From the NCBI GenBank assembly GCA_018238155.1, contig JABCTZ010000036.1:192001-256000 (forward strand): a stretch of DNA of 64,000 bases. Direction: 5' to 3'. Below, one piece after another: positions 1 to 9,886 of this stretch. The stretch's first letter is position 1, and the number at the start of each line of letters is the position of its first letter. Below the pieces are notes generated by a model. It worked only from the letters and a program-made list of their open reading frames with translations. It did not search any database and was not told the DNA's origin. The DNA is from Candidatus Heimdallarchaeota archaeon. GTDB taxonomy: Archaea > Asgardarchaeota > Heimdallarchaeia > JABLTI01. The position numbers and the translations under genes were made by a program.

Positions 1-268
1 CTTCCACAGTTTCTTCTTCAGATTGAATGTTTAGTTTTACTCCTCCTGCATCTGTTTTGTGAATAATTTGTGGAGAAAGAATTTTCATTACAATAGGAAA
101 ACCAATTTTCTTTGCCACTTCTTTTGCTTCTGCAGCATTTGCTGCGACATGAAAATCGGTAGTAACTATTCCTAATTCTTTTATAAGAGCTTTAGATTCG
201 GGTTCGAGTAAGAAAAGTCTATCTTCTTTTCTTGCAGTTGCAATAATTTCCTGTATTTTGTTTGACAA
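1..268 (-). CDS. ADP-forming acetate/acyl-CoA ligase beta-type (ATP-grasp) subunit, N-terminal part (runs off window edge)
   Basis: Manual translation from TTG at 268: MSNKIQEIIATARKEDRLFLLEPESKALYKELGI...IGFPIVMKILSPQIIHKTDAGGVKLNI; the HKTDxGGV motif is typical of the ACD beta/ATP-grasp_5 family. Confidence 0.85.
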   Translation of the reverse strand, partial: MSNKIQEIIATARKEDRLFLLEPESKALIKELGIVTTDFHVAANAAEAKEVAKKIGFPIVMKILSPQIIHKTDAGGVKLNIQSEEETVE

Positions 269-414
269 GATAACACAATCCAATTATTTTATATTCATTC
301 GAAGCACGTTCCTTTTTTAAAATTTGGTAAACCTCCTTTTTGTATTGAAATTCTACTAGAACAAAATAACCACAAAAATAAAAAACAATCAGAGTATATT
401 CGAAACGTTTTATT

Positions 415-2505
415 GTGGAGTATCTGTCAATGAAAAATCAAATAAACGAGCATCCGATTCTCCAACCGAAAGATGAGAAGAAAGTCAAATTTACATTTGA
501 TGGTCAAGAATTGGAAGGCTTTATTGGAATGGCTGTCTCATCAGCACTTTTTCTAAATGACATCAAAATTTTCGGTAGACATTATATTGATAATAGTCCT
601 CAAGGGATTTTTTGTGCAAATGGACAATGTGCTCAATGTACACTAATTATTAATGGACTACCAAAGAAATCTTGTATGACACCCTTAGAAAACGGGATGA
701 CAATCACAAGTTGTAAGGGTGTGCCAACATTACCAATAAGTGGTCATGCATTAGACGTTTCTGATATCAAACAACAAGAAATTGCAGTACTAATTATTGG
801 AGGTGGACCCGCAGGGTTGTCTGCAGCAAAAATATTGGGTGAAAATAATGTTAAAGTTTTGCTCGTTGATGATAAGGATAGATTAGGTGGTAAACTAGTT
901 CTACAAACACACAAATTTTTTGGCTCATCTGAAGATGTGTTTGCAGGAACGAGAGGAATTGAAATTGCAGATATTCTTAGTGGATCTATAAATTCTCTCG
1001 AGAGTGTTGAGGTATGGTTAGAAAGTACTGCATTGGCTGTGTACAGTGATAAATTAATTGGTATTTTACGAGGTACTAAGGAGTATATTCTGATTAAAAC
1101 TGATCATTTGTTAGTTGCAACGGGTGCTCGAGAGAAAATGCTCACTTTTCAAGGAAATACTCTTCCTGGAGTTTATGGTGCCGGTGCATTTCAAACTCTA
1201 GTCAATCGTGATTTAGTAAAAGCTTCAAATAGAATTTTCATTATTGGAGGAGGAAATGTAGGACTAATTGCCGGATATCATGCTATACAAGCTGGAATTG
1301 AAGTTGTCGGTCTAGTTGAGGCATTACCCCATTGTGGTGGATATAAAGTACATGAAGATAAACTTCATCGATCTGGCGTTCCAATTTACACATCACATAC
1401 GATACTCTCTGCAAACGGTGATGAAAAAGTTGAATCAGTAACAATTGCAGAGTTAGATAAAGAATGGCAACCAATAGCCGGGACAGAAAGAACTTTCAAA
1501 TGCGATACTATTCTTATTGCAGTTGGTTTAACACCCGTTGATGACTGCTTTCAGAAAGCAAAACATTATGGACTAGATGTTTGGAATGCAGGAGATGCAG
1601 CAGATATAGCCGAAGCATCTGCAGCAATATTTACCGGACGAATTGCCGGGGTAAAAATTCTTGAGTCAATGGGATTTGATACTGGTGAAAACATCACTGA
1701 ATTGGAGAAGAAAGCGGAAATAATGAAAAGCCGACCTCCTTTACCAAAAGATATTTCAGTACCTGAAGCTGAAGAAGGTATATTCCCTATTTTTCATTGC
1801 TATCAAGAAATTCCTTGTGATCCATGCACAACTGTTTGTCCACATAATCAAATCAGACAAAATAGTGGTTCTATTATTGCAATTCCATATTTCGTTGGGG
1901 ATCATAAATGTACAGGTTGTGGGAAATGCATTGCCGTTTGTCCCGGATTAGCTATTACGTTAGTAGACTATCGAAAAGATAAAGAAAAACCTTTAGTGAC
2001 TTTTCCTATAGAGCTTGGAAAAAAATCTGTTCAAAAAGGAGATAAAGTATTCGTTATGAGTAACACAGGTGAATTAGGTGGATATGAAGTACATCGAGTC
2101 AAGATTCTCAAAGATTATCCACGAACCGAATTGGTTTCCATTCGTTTACCGAAAGATGTAGCCAAATATGCAACTGGCATTCGAGTTCAAAGAGTAGAAG
2201 TTACTGAACCGATGGATATTTATCATAAACCTCCTTTAGCTGATGAAGCAATTGTTTGTCGATGTGAACGAGTATCTGCAGGAGAAGTTCGAAAGTGGAT
2301 CAAAAAAGGAGTAACTGATATAAACGAACTTAAAGCAATCACAAGAGCAGGTATGGGTGCTTGTGGAGGAAAAACATGTACTCTTCTAATCAATCGTTTA
2401 TTCAGAGAAGAGGGAATACAAGATATTACTCCTGGAACACCTCGTCCATTATATGTTGAAGTACCACTTGGAATATTTGCAAATTCAAAGGAGATGAAAA
2501 AATAA
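415..2505 (+). CDS. Dye-linked L-proline dehydrogenase / sarcosine oxidase alpha-like flavoprotein fused to ferredoxin and BFD-like Fe-S domains (start probably ATG 430)
   Basis: N-terminal CANGQCAQC 2Fe-2S; GGGPAG and GGGNVG dinucleotide motifs; CDPCTTVCP/CTGCGKCIAVCP 4Fe-4S; C-terminal CRCE...GMGACGGKTC. Confidence 0.8.
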   Translation: MEYLSMKNQINEHPILQPKDEKKVKFTFDGQELEGFIGMAVSSALFLNDIKIFGRHYIDNSPQGIFCANGQCAQCTLIINGLPKKSCMTPLENGMTITSCKGVPTLPISGHALDVSDIKQQEIAVLIIGGGPAGLSAAKILGENNVKVLLVDDKDRLGGKLVLQTHKFFGSSEDVFAGTRGIEIADILSGSINSLESVEVWLESTALAVYSDKLIGILRGTKEYILIKTDHLLVATGAREKMLTFQGNTLPGVYGAGAFQTLVNRDLVKASNRIFIIGGGNVGLIAGYHAIQAGIEVVGLVEALPHCGGYKVHEDKLHRSGVPIYTSHTILSANGDEKVESVTIAELDKEWQPIAGTERTFKCDTILIAVGLTPVDDCFQKAKHYGLDVWNAGDAADIAEASAAIFTGRIAGVKILESMGFDTGENITELEKKAEIMKSRPPLPKDISVPEAEEGIFPIFHCYQEIPCDPCTTVCPHNQIRQNSGSIIAIPYFVGDHKCTGCGKCIAVCPGLAITLVDYRKDKEKPLVTFPIELGKKSVQKGDKVFVMSNTGELGGYEVHRVKILKDYPRTELVSIRLPKDVAKYATGIRVQRVEVTEPMDIYHKPPLADEAIVCRCERVSAGEVRKWIKKGVTDINELKAITRAGMGACGGKTCTLLINRLFREEGIQDITPGTPRPLYVEVPLGIFANSKEMKK

Positions 2506-3671
2506 TGGTACACTACGATGTAATCATTATTGGAGCAGGTAGTGCTGGTGTACCAGCAACAAGAGAAATTGCTAAAAGTGGTTTAAGTGTTCTATGCTTA
2601 GATAGTAAACCTTCACCAGGGCAAGGGGATAACAAACATGCTATTGGCGGTTTGAGAGCAACACATAGCCAAAAATCAAAGATCAAAGTTTGTTTAAGAT
2701 CATTGGAGATTCTTAGTACTTGGGAAGAAAAACATGGTGAAAATATCGATTGGGTGCAAGGGGGATATCTTTTTGTTGCTTATAGAGAGAAAGAGAAGAA
2801 GATCTTTCAAGAGACAGTTACATTTCAGAAAAAACAAGGATTAGATATAGCTTGGCTAGAAGCCGATGAAGTAAAAGCATTAGTTCCTGGAATTAATGGA
2901 AATGGCCTTTTAGGTGGAACGTTTTCACCACAAGATGGAAATGCAAGCTCACTACTAACAAATCACGTATTCTATACGAGCGCATTAGAACATGGAGCTG
3001 ATTTTAAGTTCAAAGAACCAGTTAAAGACTTAATAATCAGTCGGGGAGAGGTGCAAAGTGTAACAACTACAAAAGGAACATACAATGCAGATTTTGTTAT
3101 AAATGCCGCTGGAGCACATGCACAATATATTGCAAATATGGCTGGAATAATTGTTCCAGTAATCCCTGATATGCACGAAGCAGGGATAACAGAACCTGTG
3201 AAACGTTTCTTTAATCCTATGATTGTAGATATACGTCCAAAAACAAATGAAATTTTTGGCAATTCAAAGAACTACTATTTTTATCAGAACCATTTGGGGC
3301 AGATAATTTTCTGTATAACACCAGATCCACCAATGTATGGATTAAGTACAGAAGAGACAAGTATGTTTCTACCACAAGTTGCACAACGAATGGTTGATCT
3401 ACTTCCAAGTCTTGCAAATCTTAAGGTTCGAAGAACATGGAGAGGACGATATCCAAGCACTCCCGATGCAAGTCCTATTGTAGGACCTGTTACTGGATTA
3501 GATGGTTTCTTTAATTTAATTGGATTTGGAGGGCAAGGACTGATGCTAGGACCTGGGTTAGGAGAACTATCTTCAAGATTTGTTAACCAAAAGCTAACTA
3601 AAGAAGATAAAGAAGTTCTAGAAGAATTTTCACTTTATAGAGAATTTAACAAAGAAGAACTCTTGAAATAA
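2505..3671 (+). CDS. FAD-dependent oxidoreductase, sarcosine oxidase / proline dehydrogenase beta subunit (DAO family)
   Basis: YDVIIIGAGSAG, INAAGAHA, TPDASPIVG, GFGGQGLMLGP; overlaps the stop of the upstream alpha gene. Confidence 0.85.
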   Translation: MVHYDVIIIGAGSAGVPATREIAKSGLSVLCLDSKPSPGQGDNKHAIGGLRATHSQKSKIKVCLRSLEILSTWEEKHGENIDWVQGGYLFVAYREKEKKIFQETVTFQKKQGLDIAWLEADEVKALVPGINGNGLLGGTFSPQDGNASSLLTNHVFYTSALEHGADFKFKEPVKDLIISRGEVQSVTTTKGTYNADFVINAAGAHAQYIANMAGIIVPVIPDMHEAGITEPVKRFFNPMIVDIRPKTNEIFGNSKNYYFYQNHLGQIIFCITPDPPMYGLSTEETSMFLPQVAQRMVDLLPSLANLKVRRTWRGRYPSTPDASPIVGPVTGLDGFFNLIGFGGQGLMLGPGLGELSSRFVNQKLTKEDKEVLEEFSLYREFNKEELLK

Positions 3672-3698
3672 AACCATCTCAGTTAGACAACATTATGA

Positions 3699-3717
3699 AT
3701 GCTGCTTTTTGCAGCAT
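3699..3717. terminator. Hairpin between convergent genes
   Basis: ATGCTGC-TTTTT-GCAGCAT inverted repeat followed by T-rich tracts. Confidence 0.4.
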
Positions 3718-3787
3718 CTCTTATTTTAAACTATTTTTCAGAGCTTTTTTTTATTTAATAACGTAACCTGCAGAAAAATGATTCTTT

Positions 3788-6115
3788 CTATAATTTTGCC
3801 GGAAGAAAAATTTGTTTAGCTAATTTCTCAAGAGCAAATTTGAATGTTTGTTTTAATTTTTGACTGCTTTGTTTATTAACTAAAGCTTGAACTATTTTAT
3901 TTTGAGAAGGCATTTCTAGTTGATGTATGAAATTGGATAGCTTATTCATCGCCCCATAAGATGGTCCTTTAAATACGTAACAAAAACGAAGCTTTTCTTT
4001 AAATTGTAATACTAAGGTATAATCTTGATGTTTGATTCGCTCAATCGATCCTTCTGTTGCAAAAGCTTCTTGCATAAAAGAGTTTATAGCTGTTAGAAAT
4101 CCTCCCACAAGCAGATCATTAAATTGTGTTTCTTGACCAAAGTTTTGTGAGAATAAAGGTATACCTTCTTCAGCTACTATCAATATTAGAACTGGTTCTT
4201 CCTCTTTGAAACTAGGAGGTTCAACTGCCCGCTTTTTTATCATCCTGAGTATAGTTTCTTCTAAACTTGTATGCGAAAGCCTTTCACCAATTGTAGGTTT
4301 TTTATCTGTGAATTCTTCCCACATCGCCTTTTCTTCGAAGTAATAATCATATTCACTTGATATTTTCATAGCTAGACGTTTCAAACCCTTCTCTTCAGCT
4401 GTAAGCTGTGCTTGATTCATTAATTGTTGTGCATTTGCAATATCAAGTTCAACTAAAGCTAATTGTGCTTGCAAGAAAAAGGTTTCAACAAGAAGTGAAA
4501 ACAATTTTTGTTCTTTAGCAATTGTTAATTGTTTTTCCATTAATTTCTTTAAATCTTGCAGAGCTTCCTCATCCCCTGTCAATTGTAGCTCAATAAGATA
4601 TAGTTCTGAGAGATTAATTAAAACAACTAGAAAAATTTCATAATTTACTACTTCCTCATCTAGAACTTGTAAGAGTAACTCCTCTGCTTTAACTCTGTTT
4701 TTTGCCCGTTTATTAGTTTTTAGAAGTAGGGCTTCGCTCACACGAGTCAATTGGTTAATTAATTTGTCTTCCTCTTGTTCATTGATTTCTTGTAACTGAG
4801 TAAATGTTTTTTCGGCTCGTTCTATCTTATCAATATCAATTAGAAGTGATATTTGAATGAAGAAAACTTCAGCTATCCGACGAGTGTTCCCCGATTCTTT
4901 GAAAATTTCCAGTCCTTTATTGAAAAATTCCAGTGCTTTTTTAGCTTCTCCTTTTTGTTGGAAAACAAGTCCACTATTGACAAATGCTAGAGCCATTGGA
5001 ATACTTCTTCCACCGATTTGTTGGTATACATCTAAACTCTCCTGGTAATAGCTCAGAGCCTCATCTAATTCTCCTTTCAATCGTAAAATTTCGCCAATAT
5101 TTCCTAGGAAAATAACCATTCCATCTATATTTTCTATCTCTCTATTCATTTGCAAACTTTTTTGATAATATTCTAAAGCTAGGTTAAGTTCTCCCTTTGA
5201 ATGCTGTACAATTCCAATACTACCAAGGTTTTTTGCTAAAATCTTCTTGTCTTGTAGTTGTTCACAAATTTTCAAACTTTGATTAAAATAGTCCAATGCA
5301 TGGTCTAACTCTCCCTTCATCGCGTGATTTATTCCAATGCTCCCAAGGCTGTTCGCTATAATATGATAATCGTTTATTTGTTTGCATATAACTAAACACT
5401 GTTGAAAATAATTTAATGCTTGATCCAAATCACCTTTATCTGTGTAGATATTTCCAATATTCATAAGATTCTGTGCGAAATGTCGTTTGTTTCCAATTTT
5501 TTCCCAAAGGTTCAAACTCTTTTTGGAAAAATTGAGTGATAGATCCAGATCACCTTTTGTGCAATGAATCATAGCAATATTTGTGAATACTTCTGCTTTA
5601 CAGTAATTGTGGTCTATTTTTTCAAAAAGTTTCAAACTTCTCTCAGTAAAATTTAACGCTTGTGAAAGATTTCCTTTATTTTGAGCTAATTCTCCTTTGA
5701 AATTCAAAACCATTGCATCATGCTGTAAAGAAATAGCAGTATTTTTTTCTTCAAGATTAAGCTTCTTTTTCTGCTGTTCAATTTGATTAATTAATAAAGT
5801 ACAAACTTCATATTCCTTCAATTTTAAGCTATTTTTTATTTTAAGTAAAATGCTACGTATAATTAACAATCTATTTTCCAAAATAAGGCTTGCTTTCAAT
5901 GATTTTTCGGCAAACAAATTACTTTTTTCATAATCTCCTTGTTCAAAAAACAAGTTGCTTTTGAGGTGATTGCAAGCTATCTGCTGTTCGACAGAGATAT
6001 CTATTTCATCTTGTAATTTAGTTAAATTCAGAAAAGCCATTTCAATTTTTCCTTCAAATAAAAGTTGTTCTGCTTCTTGAAGAATTTTGAATTGACTTCT
6101 AAACATCCACTTCAC
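3788..6115 (-). CDS. TPR-repeat protein with C-terminal longin-like domain (Asgard-type)
   Basis: Repeated 40-aa TPRs (NIGNIYTDKGDLDQALNYFQQCL, SIGIVQHSKGELNLALEYYQKSL); C-terminal LILIVAEEGIPLFS...LLVGGFLTAINSFMQE longin-like pattern. Confidence 0.85.
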   Translation of the reverse strand: MKWMFRSQFKILQEAEQLLFEGKIEMAFLNLTKLQDEIDISVEQQIACNHLKSNLFFEQGDYEKSNLFAEKSLKASLILENRLLIIRSILLKIKNSLKLKEYEVCTLLINQIEQQKKKLNLEEKNTAISLQHDAMVLNFKGELAQNKGNLSQALNFTERSLKLFEKIDHNYCKAEVFTNIAMIHCTKGDLDLSLNFSKKSLNLWEKIGNKRHFAQNLMNIGNIYTDKGDLDQALNYFQQCLVICKQINDYHIIANSLGSIGINHAMKGELDHALDYFNQSLKICEQLQDKKILAKNLGSIGIVQHSKGELNLALEYYQKSLQMNREIENIDGMVIFLGNIGEILRLKGELDEALSYYQESLDVYQQIGGRSIPMALAFVNSGLVFQQKGEAKKALEFFNKGLEIFKESGNTRRIAEVFFIQISLLIDIDKIERAEKTFTQLQEINEQEEDKLINQLTRVSEALLLKTNKRAKNRVKAEELLLQVLDEEVVNYEIFLVVLINLSELYLIELQLTGDEEALQDLKKLMEKQLTIAKEQKLFSLLVETFFLQAQLALVELDIANAQQLMNQAQLTAEEKGLKRLAMKISSEYDYYFEEKAMWEEFTDKKPTIGERLSHTSLEETILRMIKKRAVEPPSFKEEEPVLILIVAEEGIPLFSQNFGQETQFNDLLVGGFLTAINSFMQEAFATEGSIERIKHQDYTLVLQFKEKLRFCYVFKGPSYGAMNKLSNFIHQLEMPSQNKIVQALVNKQSSQKLKQTFKFALEKLAKQIFLPAKL

Positions 6116-6264
6116 CCTTTGACAACTGAAATATGAAATTAATCATATACCGAATTAGAAATTCGGAATCAACTTTAATTGTTATTTATTTTGTTACAAT
6201 ATTAAGATTTTCCTAATTTGTATTACAAAAGTCATTAAAAATAATACAAAGAGTAAGAAAATAC

Positions 6265-6756
6265 CTACTCTATAGTAAAACTAAGATTGCACAATTCTGC
6301 AGGTTTAAGATTAACCTTGGGTACTTTAGGTGTTGATCCCTTTAAATAGGAAATAGCTCCAATTAAGATACCGCCAACCGGACAAGCTGTTTCATTCTGA
6401 AGATCATAACCACCGACTCTTTTAGGACATATCAAACAATTTTGAATTGTAACATTGATTTCATTGCCTTTTTGCTTAATGGTTAAATCTTCAGCAATAT
6501 TTATTTCATTCATCAATTTGTCAACTAATTCTTCCTCTTCAACTGAGGGAGAAATCTTCTTTTGAGCGAGCATTTCTTTAACTATTTCTTGTCCAATCCA
6601 GACACCTAAAATATCCATTGCTCCTTGCGGACCAAAGTCTTTGGAGAGAAGAATATCTTTTGAACGAACTAATCCTACTCCCAAACCAATAATAGCTTTG
6701 TTAATATAATTTTTTTCAAGATTAATTTTTTTTCGAAATCTAAACATAATAATCAC
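6265..6756 (-). CDS. V4R / MetOD1-like (Bet3-fold) domain protein
   Basis: GxxIG helix, then VTIQNCLIC, ACPVGGILIGAI and terminal C-x-F strand pattern typical of V4R. Confidence 0.65.
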   Translation of the reverse strand: MIIMFRFRKKINLEKNYINKAIIGLGVGLVRSKDILLSKDFGPQGAMDILGVWIGQEIVKEMLAQKKISPSVEEEELVDKLMNEINIAEDLTIKQKGNEINVTIQNCLICPKRVGGYDLQNETACPVGGILIGAISYLKGSTPKVPKVNLKPAELCNLSFTIE

Positions 6757-6758
6757 TC

Positions 6759-7538
6759 TTATTCGTTGATCTTTATTATACCTTCATTGAGAAGTCTTTG
6801 ACAAACCTCTTCAATCATTGAAGCATTAATTCTAATGCCAAGAGCCTTTTCTAAAGGCAAGGTTTTCTTACGTAAATCTTCAAAAGTGACTGGTCCTTCT
6901 GAACATATTGCCTTTATAATGGTCTTATCTAAAACAAATGAACTCTTTTCTCTTTCAAGTGCCTCTTCAACTGAGAGAACACCAATAAGTCTTTTACCTG
7001 TTAATGTCGGACTCATATTATTCCATACCTTATTTTTTGATGAGTATTCTGAATCACGAAGCAAATCGAATTCAATTTTAATACCTTTTTTAAATTCAAT
7101 TGTAAATGAGCATTCTTGAGTTATAGTCATAGATTTGAATAGATGACTTGTAATTCGTTTCAAAACCGGATATGTCATCATATTATTCTTCTTGCAGGTT
7201 TTTGCTATTTGAAGTAGAATATTCTTGTATGGAATTGGATTGGAATTTTCTTCTAATAATAATCCAAATACAACATACGTATCGCGTTCATCCATGCTTT
7301 CTTTGAATGAAGGAACTTGATTTACAATGCAAGCTGCTTGATACTTTGGTATACTAACAGAAAGAAAATCACCATCTTTACCTCTTAATGGAATACTCTT
7401 GAATGCTAATTCTTGTAGAGTGCTTGGTGAAATGTTTAGATTTGGTTGTACTGTAAGAATTTCGGGTCCTTTTTTCGTTAATGCAGCAAGATAAACTGCC
7501 TTTGCCGGTTGAATTTCCTTTGCTAAAATATCATTCAA
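6759..7538 (-). CDS. uDENN/longin-like protein with C-terminal winged helix
   Basis: VYLAALTKKGPEILTVQP...LAFKSIP pattern resembles the uDENN N-terminus; C-terminal IEEVCQRLLNEGIIKI wHTH-like. Confidence 0.5.
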   Translation of the reverse strand: MNDILAKEIQPAKAVYLAALTKKGPEILTVQPNLNISPSTLQELAFKSIPLRGKDGDFLSVSIPKYQAACIVNQVPSFKESMDERDTYVVFGLLLEENSNPIPYKNILLQIAKTCKKNNMMTYPVLKRITSHLFKSMTITQECSFTIEFKKGIKIEFDLLRDSEYSSKNKVWNNMSPTLTGKRLIGVLSVEEALEREKSSFVLDKTIIKAICSEGPVTFEDLRKKTLPLEKALGIRINASMIEEVCQRLLNEGIIKINE

Positions 7539-7762
7539 TTAGCACCACTCTCCAATGATACTTGCTTGTAAAGATGAGATATTTTGAAGAAATATCCCCC
7601 AAAGAATATTTCGGTTTTGATAAATTTAAATCTTATCAAAGAAGCACTTTTTTTCAATTAATCTACTTGATTTTTCAACAAAAAACTCTTTAAATCAGAG
7701 ATTATTTCATTAATAGTTTATTATTTCGTTCTGTGTTGAACTAAATTAATTGGTGTTTCTTT

Positions 7763-8221
7763 ATGGCGAACAAGGAATTTACTGAAGATGATAAAATACA
7801 TAAAAAAATGGCTATTGATCTTTTTAATTATACTTGGGAATTATTAGATAAAGAGAAAAGAACCATTGCAGAAGATGATGAAATGATTCATGCTTCCCAC
7901 GCTTCAAGATTTCACTGGGGGAAAATCGGCACACCAACCCATTTCGAGCGTGGTGAGTGGCAAATATCAAGAGTATATTCAGTTCTATGTCATCCCCAAG
8001 CAGCTCTTTACCATGCCCAAAGATGTCTTGCTATTTGTGAAGAGAATGAAATAGCGGATTTTGATCTTGCATTTGCTTATGAAGCAGTTGCTCGTGCTTA
8101 TGCTGTTACTGACAACGATGATGAAAAGAAGAAGTTTTACAAGCTTGCTCAAATTGCCGGAGAACAAATCAAGGAAACTGCTGATAAAGATTATTTCTTA
8201 AGCGAGTTGAAGACAATTTAG
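7763..8221 (+). CDS. Conserved hypothetical helical (TPR-like) protein
   Basis: 152-aa ORF with motifs HASRFHW, GEWQISRVY, AFAYEAVARAY; function not recognised. Confidence 0.7.
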   Translation: MANKEFTEDDKIHKKMAIDLFNYTWELLDKEKRTIAEDDEMIHASHASRFHWGKIGTPTHFERGEWQISRVYSVLCHPQAALYHAQRCLAICEENEIADFDLAFAYEAVARAYAVTDNDDEKKKFYKLAQIAGEQIKETADKDYFLSELKTI

Positions 8222-8400
8222 TTTTCCTTTTATCCATGCAATTAAATATTGCAACACAAATTGTTTTTTCCAAATTGACTTTTTGATTTCTCTTCCAAAA
8301 ATTAATTGGAAGATTCCTCTACTTTTTTAACCCACAAAAATATATTCGATGAATATTTGATATATTACTACTATTAATCTGTTAGATTGGGTGTATCTTA

Positions 8401-9870
8401 TTGCCAACAAAACTAAAACTTAAACCAAGAAACAAAAATTTTGCTAGAACTAAAATCGTTTGTACAATTGGTCCTAAATCTGAATCAAGAGTTGAATTGA
8501 AAAAACTCATTGAGGCTGGTATGGACGTTGTTCGATTAAATTTCTCGCACAATTCTCATGATTGGCATAAGGCTGTCTTCCAAAGAGTAAGAGACCTCTC
8601 TGATGAAATCGCAATTTTATTTGATTTACAAGGTCCAAAAATCCGTATTGGTGAATTAGATTCTCCCTATTTCTTGAATGTGGGTGACGCTGTAATTTTA
8701 ACTACAGATGAAATTGTTGGGAATAATAAACGTTTTACTGTTTCACTCAAATCATTAACTACTTCACTCAAGAAAAATTGTCGATTGTATATCAACGATG
8801 GAATTATTGGTTTAAGAATTAAGAAGATTGAAGGCAATGATATTCACTGTGAGGTTACATCACCAGGTGAAATAAGAAGCAAGAAGGGTGTGAACATTCC
8901 GAATGTTAAATTAGACCTTCCTTGTCTTACTGAGAAGGATTTTGCTGATCTTGAATTGGCTTTAGATCTCGAGCCTGATTATATTGCTCTATCTTTTGTT
9001 CGTGCAGCGGCTGATGTTGTTAGTTTACGAGAGAAAATTCATGAAAGTAAATTAGATATTCCAATCATAAGCAAGATTGAACATGCCTTTGCAATCAAAA
9101 ACTTCGATAAGATTCTCAAAGAATCTGATGCAATAATGGTTGCACGAGGTGATTTAGGTATTGAAACATCTGTTACCAATCTTCCCATTCTTCAAAAAGC
9201 AATTATTCAAAAAAGTAACCGAGCCGGGAAACCTGTTATCACTGCAACTCAAATGTTGGAATCAATGATAAACAATCCAAGACCAACTCGAGCAGAAGCT
9301 AGTGATGTTGCAAATGCAATATTTGATGGTACAGATGCTGTTATGCTAAGTGCTGAAACCGCTGTTGGAAAATATTCCATTGAATCTGTTGAGATGATGA
9401 ATAAAATTGCTCTTAATGTTGAAAAGGAGCTTAAATGGAAAAGCTTTCCATCCGTCAAGCATAGCAAAGAAGATCAAATTTCTGAGAATTTAGCAACTGC
9501 TGCAGGAATGATTGTAAGCAGAACTCCTGTGAAAGCTATTATTGCTTTTACAGAAGGGGGTTTTAGTGCAAGATTAATTGCCAAACATAGACCAAAAACG
9601 AGAATATATGTTGCTACTCCAAGTGTAAAAGTCATTAGAAGGTTAGGTCTTATTTGGGGTTGTTATCCACTATTAGTTAATCAATACCAAAATACTGATC
9701 AAATGGTTGTAGAAACAGTATTTATTGCAAAGAAAATGAAATATCTGAATGATAACGATACAATATTAATTTTATCTGGTTCAGTATTGTGCCCGGGCAA
9801 GACCAATTTGTTACGTGCATACAAAGTATCTGATTTGCCCACACCTCAAGAGTTTGCTGCTATATTATAA
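8401..9870 (+). CDS. pyk: Pyruvate kinase
   Basis: TKIVCTIGP, RLNFSH, DLQGPKIR, MVARGDLG, TATQMLESM, PTRAEASDVANA, DGTDAVMLSAETA. Confidence 0.97.
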   Translation: MPTKLKLKPRNKNFARTKIVCTIGPKSESRVELKKLIEAGMDVVRLNFSHNSHDWHKAVFQRVRDLSDEIAILFDLQGPKIRIGELDSPYFLNVGDAVILTTDEIVGNNKRFTVSLKSLTTSLKKNCRLYINDGIIGLRIKKIEGNDIHCEVTSPGEIRSKKGVNIPNVKLDLPCLTEKDFADLELALDLEPDYIALSFVRAAADVVSLREKIHESKLDIPIISKIEHAFAIKNFDKILKESDAIMVARGDLGIETSVTNLPILQKAIIQKSNRAGKPVITATQMLESMINNPRPTRAEASDVANAIFDGTDAVMLSAETAVGKYSIESVEMMNKIALNVEKELKWKSFPSVKHSKEDQISENLATAAGMIVSRTPVKAIIAFTEGGFSARLIAKHRPKTRIYVATPSVKVIRRLGLIWGCYPLLVNQYQNTDQMVVETVFIAKKMKYLNDNDTILILSGSVLCPGKTNLLRAYKVSDLPTPQEFAAIL

Positions 9871-9886
9871 ATAGGTTATTTTGAAC

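Noticed and set aside
6131-6166. Two short inverted repeats upstream of the TPR gene
   Set aside because: Arms of only 6-7 bp, unrelated to each other; insufficient support
7616-7640. Near-palindrome TTTGATAA-ATTTAAAT-C-TTATCAAA in divergent intergenic region
   Set aside because: Very AT-rich and single copy; chance occurrence is plausible
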